A DNA stretch of 64,000 bases from Basidiobolus meristosporus CBS 931.73 (lineage: Eukaryota; Fungi; Basidiobolomycota), in assembly GCA_002104905.1 (NCBI GenBank), contig MCFE01000210.1:1-64000 (forward strand), in the 5' to 3' direction. Below are positions 51,965 through 64,000 of this stretch, piece by piece. The position numbers and the translations under genes are program-made. The notes below the pieces were generated by a model, which saw nothing but the letters and a program-made list of their open reading frames with translations, was not told where the DNA came from and did no database searches. Numbering within the stretch: the stretch's first letter is position 1; the number at the start of each line of letters is the position of its first letter.

Positions 51965-52943
51965 CTATTGCAGCAAGACTCTGCCATCCGACCAATATTG
52001 ATCGCCGTAATCGACAAAGATCTCTTCGTTTGGCAAAATGTCCCGTAACGCCACGTAGAAAATGTGCCAGAGGTTGTCATGAACGCTGTACATCGATTGT
52101 GCATTTTGTAGCTCTAAGATACGAGGGTTAGCTTTGTTTGGTAGGATTCAAGTATTGTTGACTCACTTGTGTTGTGGTTTGCAAAACGAAGGTAGTTTCC
52201 AACATTCAGCGAATCGACGCTTAAATCTACTTGATAAGAATCCTTGTCCACGACAACACTATCGAGGTAGCTGTATTGCCATGCGTATGCGCCATCGAGT
52301 GTATTATTGGTGAGTAGGCCTGATCAGCAAAGTTAGTAAGAGCCCAATATGTGCCATGCATCTTCTATATTACCAGTATACAGTCCGACGATCGTTCCCT
52401 CAGGTATCAGTTCGCATGTAAATAATCCCCATTTGATAATGTCGTTTATCCAACGCACATAGAGCCGCTCATCGTCGTTATGGTCCTTGATGATTTCTGC
52501 ATATTCGCTGAATACCTCGACATTCTCCATGATCTCCTCGATGTCGTCCTCATTTTCCATGAAGTCGAATGGGGTTGCCCCGGTTATCCATTCCTCGATT
52601 TCTTTATCAACGACCATATGGTTCACAGGAGTGATGTTGAACGCATCCTGGAAATCTGGCATGTGATACCGACGGTATACATAAGCATCGTTGTGGTATA
52701 GACCAGGCTTGAATAGGGAGAGCTCAGAGTTCACGTTTATAGGTTTATCTTAGAGGATGGTGTTGTTAGTAGGAATCGCCACTGACTGGTATATGTTTGA
52801 CCAACCTCCCCGAACTAGAAGTAGGTGACTGATTACGGCGAGCATTCCGATCACCTGTGAAAATGTTTAGTGATGGCCTAGCGATGGCCTAGTGATTGCC
52901 AGCTCAAAATTACCATGGTGTTACTTGGGATTGTGAGTTTCAT
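51965..52943 (-). CDS. SET-domain protein (putative lysine methyltransferase) with N-terminal signal peptide, 251 aa, 5 exons
   Basis: Exons 52943-52914, 52854-52806, 52748-52374, 52319-52167 and 52113-51965 (756 nt). Introns are 53-59 nt with CTAA(C) branch sites. Motifs WGLF...IPEGTIVGLYTG, GNYLRFANH and EEIFVDYGDQYW. TATA about 45 nt upstream. Confidence 0.88.
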
Positions 52944-53224
52944 CAGACGAAAGAGGTTATGGCTGGCTGTAATAACTACCAGACAACTTTATATAGACTA
53001 TGGGTGTGTGCGTGTGTGTGGGTGTGTGTGTGCGTGTGGGATACATGTGACTCTTGCAGATCAGTTTCAAAGGCATAGGCGACACTAACCCATATGTTTA
53101 TTCATGCAATGCTAGAAGCGATGTGATTGTTGTTAGTATCTGAAATGGTAGTACTTTCACCAACACATATTTGTAATATTCTTATTATACCGCCACTGTT
53201 GCTATCAGGGTTGCTCTTTGGGTC

Positions 53225-53315
53225 AGATACCTGAGCTATAGATTCGTTTATTTTCCTGAGACTAGATATCTGAGCTATACATTCGTCTATTACCCTGAGA
53301 CTAGATACTTAAGCT
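53225..53315. repeat. 39-bp minisatellite, about 2.3 copies
   Basis: agatacctgagctatagattcgtttattttcctgagact / agatatctgagctatacattcgtctattaccctgagact / agatacttaagct. Confidence 0.8.
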
Positions 53316-53567
53316 TTCTATCTAATGCTCAATATGTGACTTTGATTAACGAAAATAAATGAAATATTCATTTATCACTACTGATGATTATCCCCATCAA
53401 CCACTCTACACTTCACGGGCATTCCACTGATGTGCTTAATTTACTAAGCTTTGTGCATACAGATAATCAGCTACTGTGGAGGTTTAATGTCATGATTCAT
53501 GATTATAGTCACAAATGATGAATATATAAACAACTGTGTAGAAGCAAACCTCCATTGTCTTTGACTC

Positions 53568-55610
53568 ATGAAACTGGCTATCTTTTACTTCGGCTCCCTT
53601 CCATTGGGAAGTGCTCTTCGTCAATTTTCTCCGCAAGATCTTGCGAGTGTTGCAAAATATGGTGCAGCCGTTCCTTCCCCAGATGGACTCTGGGCAGTTT
53701 TCTCAGGCACCCGTTATTCTATAGTTGAGAATAGCAATATCCATAGTTTGTGGAAGCTGAACATGAAAAATGGGCAGATAACTGCGTTAATTACCGGCAC
53801 CCGTGGCAAATATGCAACGCCTCTATGGTTAGATCACATTACAGTCGGTTTTCTTTCTAACCGCTCAAGATCCGAGCAGTTGTGGTCAATTGACATATCG
53901 AATCCCAAGGCTCAGCCACTACAAGTCACCAACTTCAGTCTTGGCATCAGCAATATCAAGTACAACATGAATACCAAGCTTCTTGCTTTCACCTCGGCAG
54001 TGTACAATGATGGATCTATGGAGAACGCGATAAAAATCGATGCCGCTAACAAAAAACGCACCGACACTGCACTGGTGTACGACCAATTGATGATTAGACA
54101 TTGGGACACGTTTATATCCAAGAAAAGAAAAAACATATTTACAGTCCGGCTGCAAAAGAGAGCCAATAGATATTCTGCCAAATCTGTGCCTATCAATGTT
54201 ATGAAAAAAACGCCAGCTCAGCCTTTCGGGAATTCGGTTGATTATGATATCTCTCCTGATGGCAAAGAGATTGCCTTTAGTGGCAGAAAATTGACAAGAG
54301 ACTATGCCTGGAACACCGACATCGACATATATGTTGTCCCATCTGATGGAAGCCAGTCACCAAAATCCCTCACCGACGATAATTTTGCTTCAGCCTCATC
54401 GCCAGCCTATTCTCCAAATGGATTGCATCTGGCTTGGCTTCAAATGGAAAGACCTGGCTATGAATCTGACCGCAGAAGAATTATCCTCCAAGATCGACTT
54501 TCGAACAGCGTGAGCTATCTGCACAAAGACTGGGATCGTAGCCCTAATAAAATCATTTGGTCCAGCGACTCCAACTCTCTTTTTCTACCTACGAAAGAAC
54601 ACGGTCGAGTGAAGCTCTTTTCCGCTAACATCAAGAATGGAGCAATACAGCCAATCGTAAATGAACACACCACCTCTTCGGTCCACCCTTTGAATCCGAA
54701 CAAGCTACTTTTAACCCAAAGCTCCATGAACAGACCAAGCGAATTCTTCACCGTAAAAACGGATGGCTCTGGGTTCAAGCAAGAGACGCAGCTTCACAAT
54801 GCCACCATCCATAATTTCTTCCTTCCGAGGCCAGAGGAATTTTGGTTTGAAGGTGCAGAAGGGGATCAAGTTCACGGGTGGTTGCTCAAACCCTTTGGCT
54901 TCAAAGCTGAGAAGAAATATCCGGTAGCCTTTTTTGTCCATGGAGGCCCTCAGGGCGCTTGGTCAGATGGTTGGAGCAGTAGTTGGAACCTTCCACTTTT
55001 TGCCTCTGCAGGATTTGTGGTTGTTGCTATTAACCCACGCGGGTCTACGGGCTACGGTCAGCGGTTTACTGACCAGGTTCAACAAAGCTGGGGTGGTCGA
55101 CCATACGTCGACTTGATAAAGGGTTTAGATTATATCCTCCAGACTCGCCAATACACCAATTCGGACTTGGTTTGTGGCCTTGGAGGAAGTTATGGTGGAT
55201 ACATGATGAACTGGATAAATGGTCATTCTGACAAATTCAAATGCCTGGTCGCTCACGATGGCAAATTCTCGCTCCTCTCGGGCTATTACTCTACTGACGA
55301 ACTTTGGTTTCCGGAGAGTGAGATGGGGGGACCCCCTTGGGAGCCAGAGGCGCGAAAGAATTACGAAAAATGGTCACCATCGAATTATGTTCAGAATTGG
55401 AAAACCCCCACGCTGATTATCCATGGTGCCCGTGACTATCGTGTTGCGGAAACTGAATCATTCTCCACTTTTACTGCTTTACAGCGTCAAAATATCCCTT
55501 CACGACTAGTCTACTTTCCTGATGAAACACATTGGGTGAGAAAGCCAGCCAACGTCCTTCGCTGGCATGGCGAAATGCTGGCATGGATCAAGAAGTGGAC
55601 CAGAGGATGA
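53568..55610 (+). CDS. DPP5: Secreted S9 peptidase, dipeptidyl-peptidase V-like
   Basis: Signal-like start, beta-propeller repeats, HGGPQGAW, catalytic GGSYGG, HGARDYRV and FPDETHW. Intronless. Confidence 0.9.
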   Translation: MKLAIFYFGSLPLGSALRQFSPQDLASVAKYGAAVPSPDGLWAVFSGTRYSIVENSNIHSLWKLNMKNGQITALITGTRGKYATPLWLDHITVGFLSNRSRSEQLWSIDISNPKAQPLQVTNFSLGISNIKYNMNTKLLAFTSAVYNDGSMENAIKIDAANKKRTDTALVYDQLMIRHWDTFISKKRKNIFTVRLQKRANRYSAKSVPINVMKKTPAQPFGNSVDYDISPDGKEIAFSGRKLTRDYAWNTDIDIYVVPSDGSQSPKSLTDDNFASASSPAYSPNGLHLAWLQMERPGYESDRRRIILQDRLSNSVSYLHKDWDRSPNKIIWSSDSNSLFLPTKEHGRVKLFSANIKNGAIQPIVNEHTTSSVHPLNPNKLLLTQSSMNRPSEFFTVKTDGSGFKQETQLHNATIHNFFLPRPEEFWFEGAEGDQVHGWLLKPFGFKAEKKYPVAFFVHGGPQGAWSDGWSSSWNLPLFASAGFVVVAINPRGSTGYGQRFTDQVQQSWGGRPYVDLIKGLDYILQTRQYTNSDLVCGLGGSYGGYMMNWINGHSDKFKCLVAHDGKFSLLSGYYSTDELWFPESEMGGPPWEPEARKNYEKWSPSNYVQNWKTPTLIIHGARDYRVAETESFSTFTALQRQNIPSRLVYFPDETHWVRKPANVLRWHGEMLAWIKKWTRG

Positions 55611-57027
55611 GCATGTTTGAGAAATTGCACACTATCATAGCAGATTTTTAGACATAGTATAGGCTTAAAACAGGAAATCAACCAATTAATTGCTAAATTA
55701 GGATTAGTCGGATTAATCAGCGATCGCTTGAATGCTTACCCATCTACGAATCCAGGCCAGCCAAAGTAACGCATAAAACGTGGAAGTGTCGATGACAAGA
55801 GCTTCATCGACCAATATCATTGCATCAAAAATTAAGCCACCAACTAAAACGAACAAGCTCACGTATGAATCACATGCCATGTATTCATAATGGAGCATGG
55901 AACACAGACTTTTTTACTGGTCATGGTGATATAACCAGATTTGCAAGAGTCATTAACTATGATTAGACTGAATCCGCCTCACCCATTACAGATCTAATTA
56001 AACGAACACATCGCAAGAAATTTCCAACTCGAGAGTTGTAAGTAGGTGAAACATCTTAGCTTGCAAGGAAACCAAACTTGATCATACGTTGGAAAGTACC
56101 TTCGATCTGGCCATACGGAGGAAAGCATATCTGAATTTGGCAGAGGTTCGTTAGAATATCCAGATTGCAACTTATTGGCTTCGGAAATAAATAGACTGTG
56201 GCGACTCTGCAGCATCGTAGCAACCCCAACATGCGTGATTTTAGCAGCCCTCCCAATCCAACACTAATGTTGACCTAAAGTGGCACTTGATCAAATTCTA
56301 GGGATTTGATTTGCGCCTTAGATTTTCCGAGATATTTGCGGCTAATGTTTACATATAGAATTATTAATAGCACACAGAGCAAACATCCAATACCAAATAA
56401 AGGGAAATGCCATCCATCTGTCTTAACCAGGATGTCAGCTAGATTAACCTATTGTTCACAACATCATGCAAGCTCCACTCTATCAATTGACAAAAAGGGA
56501 GGAAAGCCTCATTTCTACTAGAGGAGTGGAGAGGATTGGTCCCTTTTATAGGCTGGAAGATATGCTTGTAATGGTTATACCTGGACTCCATTGGCCCCTG
56601 GATATATCTGTTCTGATGTAGTCTAGACTTTGGGCTGATGCGATGTATTCTGGAGATTCTTAATGCTTTTTGATTTGGCTGTTGCTATTGACATATTAAG
56701 CAGTGTGGTGGTACTAATGGGTAATGAATCTGTCGTTAATTCAAAATCAATCAAATGCGCTTGATCGGTGGAAACAAGGTTATGTTGAAGGAGGTGGGCA
56801 TGGAAGGTAGATGATCTCCATATCTTGTGATCCGAACCTCAAATGAATGGTGCTATTATTGGCAATTTCCTATCTGGCAGCTCTACACCACACTCGTGTA
56901 ACACTTGTTTTTCATGACTCTGATATAAAAGTATGGTACTCCCCGTTTCACGGCATACCACTTGCATAGATGAACACATCCCTTAACTAACAATTAGCCG
57001 CAATCCCTCCCCCTAGTTTCACATTGT

Positions 57028-57880
57028 ATGACCAGGTACAATACCTTCCTCCCTTTATATTGCTCTATATTCACTTGTCTAACGGTAAACAGATACTCAC
57101 TTGAAGTAGTGCAACACCCGGTACATGCACGTATGTGCGGATTCGGGGAGAAAGATAAAAGATCCTTAGATCCACCACCGATAGTTAAGCTTAATATCTT
57201 TGATGATAGCGGAACTCACGTTGAGGAGTGAGTAGATGCTTTCGAAGATGGGTCATATGTGAGAAGCTAAGGCATTTTTCTTATTTTCAGTTGCCCACAG
57301 TCTCAGTTTTATGTTGTATATGTGGACCTGTGGTCAGAGGACCAGCTTACCAATTGCACCGCCGTAGTCGACCCTTCTTCCCTGCCATCATTCTCTTCAC
57401 AAACTCCCAGAACATCAGTGTTATCCCTGTCTGATCCAATACATGTAAAGAACCTAGTAGGGACAACCACATCCTCTGCACATGTTCTCCAAAACTGTAA
57501 AGGTGAAAGCGGGATCTATTTCATATTCCCTGAGCTCTCAGTCAGAACCACCGGGACATTCTGTCTACGGTTCACCTTGATAGATCTTTCAAAGTATAGT
57601 CGTATTTTATTTGATCGTAGACTATGGAATATGCTTAACATTCCCTCAAATAGTGCAATGAACGATGGTCAAGGCAAGCAGATTGAATCGGTATTTAGCA
57701 AAACATTCAAAGTGTATTCGGCTAGAACATTTCCTGGGATGAATGGTATTTTTTTCCCGATGAAATTGTCCCACGATCCTCATTAACTTAAGCAATATAG
57801 AAACCACCGAACTGTCACTAAGGTTTTTTAAGCAAGGTGTTCGGATACCTACTCGAAAGATTCGAGGTTTGGAGAGTTGA
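57028..57880 (+). CDS. Stand-alone velvet-domain protein, 205 aa, 5 exons
   Basis: Exons 57028-57035, 57093-57227, 57291-57593, 57654-57745 and 57801-57880 (618 nt). YSLEVVQHPVHARMCGFGEKDKRSLDPPPIV, NLVGTTTS, YFIFPELSVR and FPGMNETTELS...QGVRIP. Confidence 0.92.
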
Positions 57881-58066
57881 AACCCAATGCTGAATAAATA
57901 AACTGTGTACTATTACTTGAAACTATATTACTGCCATTCTTTTGTAAATTGTTATCTCGTTTACACACTGAACAATTACGTCATGTATTTTGATCCGGGT
58001 ATTGTGACACGCCCGGTTTCATAAAAGGTGGTTCTTTCGGAATGCCACAGAACGAATCTTCTGACA

Positions 58067-59314
58067 ATGAGTAACGAGCAAAAGAAATACCGTGTTTTGG
58101 TCACCCGCCTTCTCCCCCAAGACGCTCAAGAAAGGCTGGAGAAAATAGAGTAGTATGTCGAACTATTGTCGTTTTCCATAACTGGGTACGAGTACTAATG
58201 CACAACATTAGTTTAGATATTGTACAGTGGAAGAGTCCAAAGTCTCGTGATGAGTTGTTGAGTCAAGTTCAAGGTAGCTCACTTAAGCATGCACCGAGAA
58301 GCCGGAAGCGTCTCATATTGGATTCTACATTTCATGCTTTAGGTATGGACGGAGTTCTTTGCAGACACGGTGACAAGATAGATACAGAGTTTCTCGAGGC
58401 GGCAGGTATCTGTTTTTATTTCTAATAGCTTCTCGGCAACAGAGGAGGTTCTCACCACTTGTATAAAACCCTCAGGCCCCCAGCTAAAGGTACTTTCGAA
58501 ACGTATGTCCTTAGCAGTAGTTCAATTAACATGACGTAAATATTACCCCTATCAGGTTGTATCCACATACAGTGTTGGCTACGATCATATCGATATTCCA
58601 GCTTGCGCCAAATACAATGTCCAAGTTGGAAATACACCTGGCGTGTTAACAGATGCCACTGCTGATATAACAGCTACATTAGTGATGCTTGTTGCACGTC
58701 GAATTTCAGAATGCATCGACATAGCCAGAAGTGGAGAACATAATTCCTGGGACCTCTCTTGGTTACTTGGCACTCAGCTCACCAACAAGACACTAGGGGT
58801 AGTTGGATTTGGTCGGATCGGAGAGGCAGCAGCCTATCGCCTTAAGGCATTTGGAATATCCCGTGTGCTTTATCATGGACGACATGAGCGCAAGGAGCAG
58901 GCGGCAAAATTGAACGCAGAGTTCACTGATTTCGATACTCTGTTGAGAGAATCAGATGTGATTGTAGTGTGCTGTGCGTTAACGCCGGAAACGCGCGGAA
59001 TGTTCAATTACGACGCTTTCAAGAAGATGAAGCGGAATGCTATTTTTGTTAACACGGCCCGAGGTGATCTTGTTCAGCAGGATGATTTAGTTCGCGCCCT
59101 TCAGGAAGGCCTTGTGGGAGGTGCTGGTTTGGATGTAACAGTACCAGAACCATTGCCTACTGATCACCCACTTTTCAAATTCAAGAACTGCGTGATATTA
59201 CCTCATGTTGGTAGTGCCACCACAGAAACCAGAAACGCCATGGGTTTTATTGCTCTTGACAATCTGGTTGCTGGTTTGGAAGGCAAGAAACTTCCCCATG
59301 CTGTCGAAAACTAA
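58067..59314 (+). CDS. D-isomer-specific 2-hydroxyacid dehydrogenase (glyoxylate/hydroxypyruvate reductase-like), multi-exon
   Basis: N-terminal YRVLVTRLLP, GVVGFGRIG, FVNTARG, GLDVTVPEP and PHVGSAT. Internal exon bounds not fully resolved. Confidence 0.9.
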
Positions 59315-59368
59315 GCATATTGTTGACGCGGACGTTTATTGATGAAAATAATAAAGATAGATGCCTCG

Positions 59369-60651
59369 TCATGTGGCTCGTGGATAATCAGTGTACCCCT
59401 TGCTCTTGTCGTTGTCCACTGCCAGATATAGAGTTCTCATATCGGTTATAGCAGACAACTCTTTACCATGCTGCAATCGCTCAACAAAGTCTGGGTTGGA
59501 AATATACGGTCTTGCAAATGCGACTGCATCAGCTTTGCCTTCTTCAACCCATTTCTCGCCTTCTTCGGGGCTGAAGTCACCATTGACAATGAAGAGGGAA
59601 TTCTTGATCAACGGTCTGAACACTTCATCGATGTTGATTGGAGTGCCACGGCCGGTTGGATCGAAGAATTGAAAATGACGCATTACCTGAATATAACCTA
59701 GCTTTCTTGAATCCAACTCCTTGATGAGCTGAGAATACAATGCTACCGCATCATCGTATTTCTCGCCCATATCATTATACCCGCCACTAGGGCTCAACTT
59801 GATCCCCACTCGGGAAGCACCCCAAATCTTGATGAAGCCATCTATAATCTCCAGTGCGAATCGAATGCGATTCTCGATGGAGCCACCATAGTTGTCCGTA
59901 CGTTTGTTCGAATGTTGCTCAAGAAATTGGGTTACCAAATAACCATTAGCTGCATGAAGCTCCACTCCGTCGAAACCTGCTGCTTTGGCATTTTCCGCAG
60001 CCTGGATATACAACTTCACGTAGTCCTGAGGATCCTCGATTGCTTCTGGTACAGAGTATCCGGGTGTACTATAAGAAATTCCACTTAGATACAAATTGTA
60101 AAAGTGCAAGATCCTGGACGAAATACCCATTCAATAGACGGAATTTCCCTCCGTTAGCTGCTATGGCAGAAGGTGCAGGTGGTGGTACTCCACAATTATG
60201 CAATACGTGTGCTGCTCTACCAAGATGCCATAGCTGAGCCCAGATCAAGCCACCAGCATTATGTACGGCTTTAGTAACCTTTTTCCTATACAGAACATTT
60301 TAGAAGTGGCTCCCATTACCAAAGACAAGGTCATGATTCATTTACCACCCCTCGATTTGTTTGGAGTTCCAGATACCGGGTGCTTCGGGCCACTCAGTTC
60401 CCTGAGGCTCAATGAGAGTGCCTTCAGATAACACCAAGCCAGCCCCAGCGCGTTGGGCATAGTACTCGGCATTCATTTCCGTTGGATAAATATTACGATT
60501 ACGGGTCATGGAAGCCATGATTATCCTATTAGCGAAGCATGAATGATAGTGGGCAGTAATTAGCAGTAGTTGCTCTACAGTACCGATTCTTGAGTTGAAG
60601 ATCACCCAGTTGAACGGGTTTGAATAGTGCGGGGAATAAAGCTTTCGACAT
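59369..60651 (-). CDS. Old yellow enzyme family NADH:flavin oxidoreductase, multi-exon
   Basis: MSKALFPALFKPVQLGDLQLKNR, MASMTRNR, YYAQRA, GFDGVELHAANGYL, NKRTDNYGGSIENR and FARPYISNPD. Confidence 0.93.
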
Positions 60652-61116
60652 CAGTGAGTACCTGTGGAATACTAAGCAGCCAGTGTGGTATATATACCCA
60701 AAATGCTTACTAAATCCTGCTTACGGTAGGTGGCACAGTTTCAGTACGTAGTCACTGATCCGATTGGCTTAGAATATTAGTAATCGCCATTACTTCGCGA
60801 ACAATGCTCGTCAACATACCCTCCATGCCATCTCTGCTCACAATCTGCATGAAGTGTTGACGTGTCCCAACAACCCATTTGCTGGAAAGAAACAACAGAC
60901 TAGCTAATAATAGTATCTTCAACCGGTAACGTACGGAAAGCAGATAATGGGTACAATTGTATCAAATGAGGTCAGCGCAGAATAAATACAGATAAATGGC
61001 AGAGAATAAGCAGGCTTATATCTGGTGAGAATTAACAGAGAAGTTTATTTCGAATGGGAATGGTCAACACTACCGGCAGAAAATCATGGAAACAAGTCGA
61101 TGATTTGTAAGCAATC

Positions 61117-61818
61117 TTATAGTCTCGCAGACACTGCCTGTGTATTATCGATTTTGGCACGGGTGGATTTGGTGGAGGTTTTCTGTTTGAATTCTCTCCT
61201 CACCTGAATAAAGTACGAATCGCCCAGGCGAGTGGATTCCGGCCAGGGATAAGGCGTGCGCTTCCCAGTCTCCCCCCATCCATACCGTTTGTACAATTGC
61301 AATATATCCTGGCGAACGTTAAGTACATATCCTACAGCCGCGTTGCACTTCAAAACTTTGCGAGAAAAGTTCGTGGAAAAGACCCCTAATTTGTCGGCAA
61401 TCTTGAAACCGCGGAATGAAGGGTCAACTGCCAACTTGGAATTGGTGCTCTCGTTAATGCTAGGGTCGTAGAGAACTTCAACACAGCCTACAATACGAGT
61501 TTCGCTTGTAATCGGATGGTGATACTCCGCAACGAATAGGTACGACAACGGATTTTCGAGCAACTCGATGATTTGGTCAAGTGTTAATCTCTCTTTGACG
61601 ATCAATTTCCCATCCTCCTCCCATGTGGTTTCTAAGTAAATTCAACGTTAGTCGAGATGCATTTACGAGGGAAACAGGTAGAAATCACCTTCATAGAAGC
61701 ACTTGAAAAGCAGGGCATGAACATCTTTTGCGAGATGTACATCTCTCCATGTGAGTCGGCGAACAAGGATCGAGTATTCAGTAATAAGAGGATCACTAAG
61801 AGCTGCTTCCACGGACAT
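61117..61818 (-). CDS. GNAT-family N-acetyltransferase, 2 exons
   Basis: Intron 61688-61632 restores the frame. IVGCVEV, LAVDPSFRGFKIA and RQDILQLYKRYGW. Confidence 0.75.
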
Positions 61819-63070
61819 TTCACTGATGAATTTGTATACTGAAAGAATCCTGAGGGACTTGGCTGTCAACACCTTCCAATCTCCGTATTTAACTGAAAAC
61901 CATCATAGCTTTGGACGTTAAATGTTGGGGCCAAACTTGCTTTTCTTTTGTTGGGGTCTAAAGGTTACTGCAAAGATGAGATGAAAGTAACGTTTGCCCA
62001 TAGCACAAAAAGCACAAATCACTTTAGCGAACACTATCTACCAGCATCAACAGCCAAATCGCAATTTTCTGTCAAACTTGGAGTCGTACATGGATTTCTG
62101 GAAGCGTCCGCCACAGTTTTCCAGATTGCTTGTACGTTTAATGAGGAGCCAATCACTCCTGCGGTTTCTTATGGTTAACATACAACTAGTTGACTATTAT
62201 CTATCTAACAATCTGGTTTCTCTTTCCTTGCCGATTGTGTGGATGAAATATTATATGATGGCAGGAATGCTATATTAAACGCTGGTTTGTTTGGTACGAA
62301 GAGCAAAATACAACTCCTGGACACAGTTAATGCTGAAATGTGTAACCGTGGGTGGTAGTACTATTTGGGGATATTAGGAAACACACGAGGAGAGTTGCTG
62401 ATAGATTGACTTAATAACCATTCGGTCTCACTATGTGGTTGTGGTATTAAAGTAACACCACGCATGAACTGGAACAAATAAGGTGGCTATATTCCAGTCT
62501 CTGCACATCCATAATGTTTGTATTTGCAATTGGATTGATGAACCCTGAGAGCAAATCCCATCGCAGCATTGGGGAATCTATTGACCTTCACTCCCCCTCC
62601 CTAGCTGAAGTTAGGCAAAAAATTAGATTGCTTGTTTAAATGTAATTCGCGTTTAAATCCCGCTTTCCATGGAAATGTTTGAACTTGCCACAATTATGTA
62701 ACTTGTTTGTGAATAACAATCAACGACCAATCAACGCAATATTTGCTCTAAAATTGATAGCCTGATCTCTTTGTTCTGAAAGGGTGAATTGTGTCGTATT
62801 CGACGTATCTATCTCAATTATCAAAATTTACAATGGAACCAGTCATATTCTATTTACATTACTCGATTCTAGTCAACTTTCCTTCCAAATGGATACATTT
62901 CTTATATATACCCAAACGCCGTGACGAGGCCCGGTGTTTTTTTCTTCTTTAGAGCAAGAACCATAACTCGTTTAACCCAATCACTTGTGTGAGTCATTAA
63001 TTATCCCTAAAGCCATACTTAATCTACTTTAACCACAGCGTGTAAAACAGTGCTGCAAAGGCTTGAACTG

Positions 63071-64000
63071 ATGGAAGTTGATACTGATATTGCGTACAGC
63101 CAGAGACCCACCTACTGCGAAGGGTTCCCAAAGCAATTTTCTGCTCCCTCGGACAGTTCTTCAGAACCAGAGCTCATCTCCTGTTCATCCAGCTATCGCT
63201 TATCCAACAATTCGAGCCTGGGGCCCAGAACTCCAGATAGTGATAGGAGGCCTGACATATGGGGGTATGCGACTGAAGAAGAGTTTGCGCAAGCTATGCG
63301 CTTCTCCCCGCCAAAATTCGATAAAAACGGGGAACTAGGAATTGAACGAAGTTTTGACAAACTTTCCTTTTCTATCGGTCGTAACGCAACTCGCCCCTCT
63401 GATGGTGATGACATATTCTCTTGTCCTACCTCAGATAACATCGATCTATCTGATCCATTTGAAAGCGAGGAAGAAATCTTGGCTCAGACATGTCTAACTA
63501 GAGAACAAAAATGCCAAAAACTAACGCATATTTTAAGGCGAGCATCGTCTAACGGGGATTCGAAAAGAGTGAGCAAATTGCTAGAAATCGCCAAGGACTA
63601 CGTCGATATCAATGGTCAGGATGAGGATGGCACTACACCGCTCATCCATTCGGCGTGCTGGGGTTATCTAGAGGTAGCATATGCTCTTCTTGAAGCAGGC
63701 GCTGACCCTGATGCACAAGATAAGTGTATGTATACCAGCTCTAGTTGGACGCGGTCATAATAGATGTTAGTGCTAATCCCTCTTGAATGAATATAGCGGG
63801 TTGGACTGCGTTGATGTGGGCAACAAACAACCATCATGATGGTATTGTTGCTACGTTGGTAGACCATGGTGCTTCGACCGCCTCCAAATCGACCAAAGGG
63901 CGTACGGTTCTAGACTTCGCGAACCGCGGCTCAAATAGCGACACTTTCCAGAGTCAAAGGATCTTGGAAATTCTGACGGATCCTCGTGACGGCTCCAGTA
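63071..64000 (+). CDS. Ankyrin-repeat protein, N-terminal part (resembles fungal ankyrin + DIL domain proteins), truncated by the window
   Basis: RASSNGD, INGQDEDGTTPLIHSACWG, then after an intron GWTALMWATNNHHDGIVATLVDHGAS...KGRTVLDF. The DIL domain would lie outside the window. Confidence 0.7.

Noticed and set aside
53568-55610. Intronless DPP V as a recent bacterial transfer
   Set aside because: DPP V is widespread in fungi, and other clearly native genes here (PHO85, histones) are also intronless.

Overview
Eukaryotic, fungal DNA: short 53-77 nt GT-AG introns with CTAAC branch sites, and Pho85, Iml1, Num1/ApsA and velvet genes. An early-diverging lineage (Zoopagomycota/Mucoromycota) is plausible but is inference only. 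Three zones. (1) 1-13.7 kb: one giant minus-strand gene that the ORF track misses because its 12.4-kb second exon runs off the window with no stop. It encodes a secreted protein of at least 4,549 aa with about ten six-Cys modules, two large His/Ser/Glu/Lys repeat arrays (15-aa and 16-aa units) and Thr/Val/Pro 38-aa repeats. Most ORFs listed below 12.4 kb are off-frame or antisense shadows of it. (2) About 15.9-29 kb: a CpG-depleted Ty1/copia cluster with a young full-length element nested in an older one, a second decayed element and several LTR remnants. (3) 29.4-64 kb: gene-dense region with a FUSC/ArAE membrane protein, a small secreted His/Cys protein, PI-PLC X protein, Num1-like protein, convergent H4 and H3, Pho85, Iml1, Rps27, a five-exon signal-peptide-bearing SET-domain gene, DPP V, a minimal velvet protein, 2-hydroxyacid dehydrogenase, old yellow enzyme, GNAT and an ankyrin gene cut by the window end. 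Best candidates for new biology: the giant His-rich surface protein and the apparently secreted, bacterial-style SET methyltransferase. All gene models were assembled by hand; no database searches were run.
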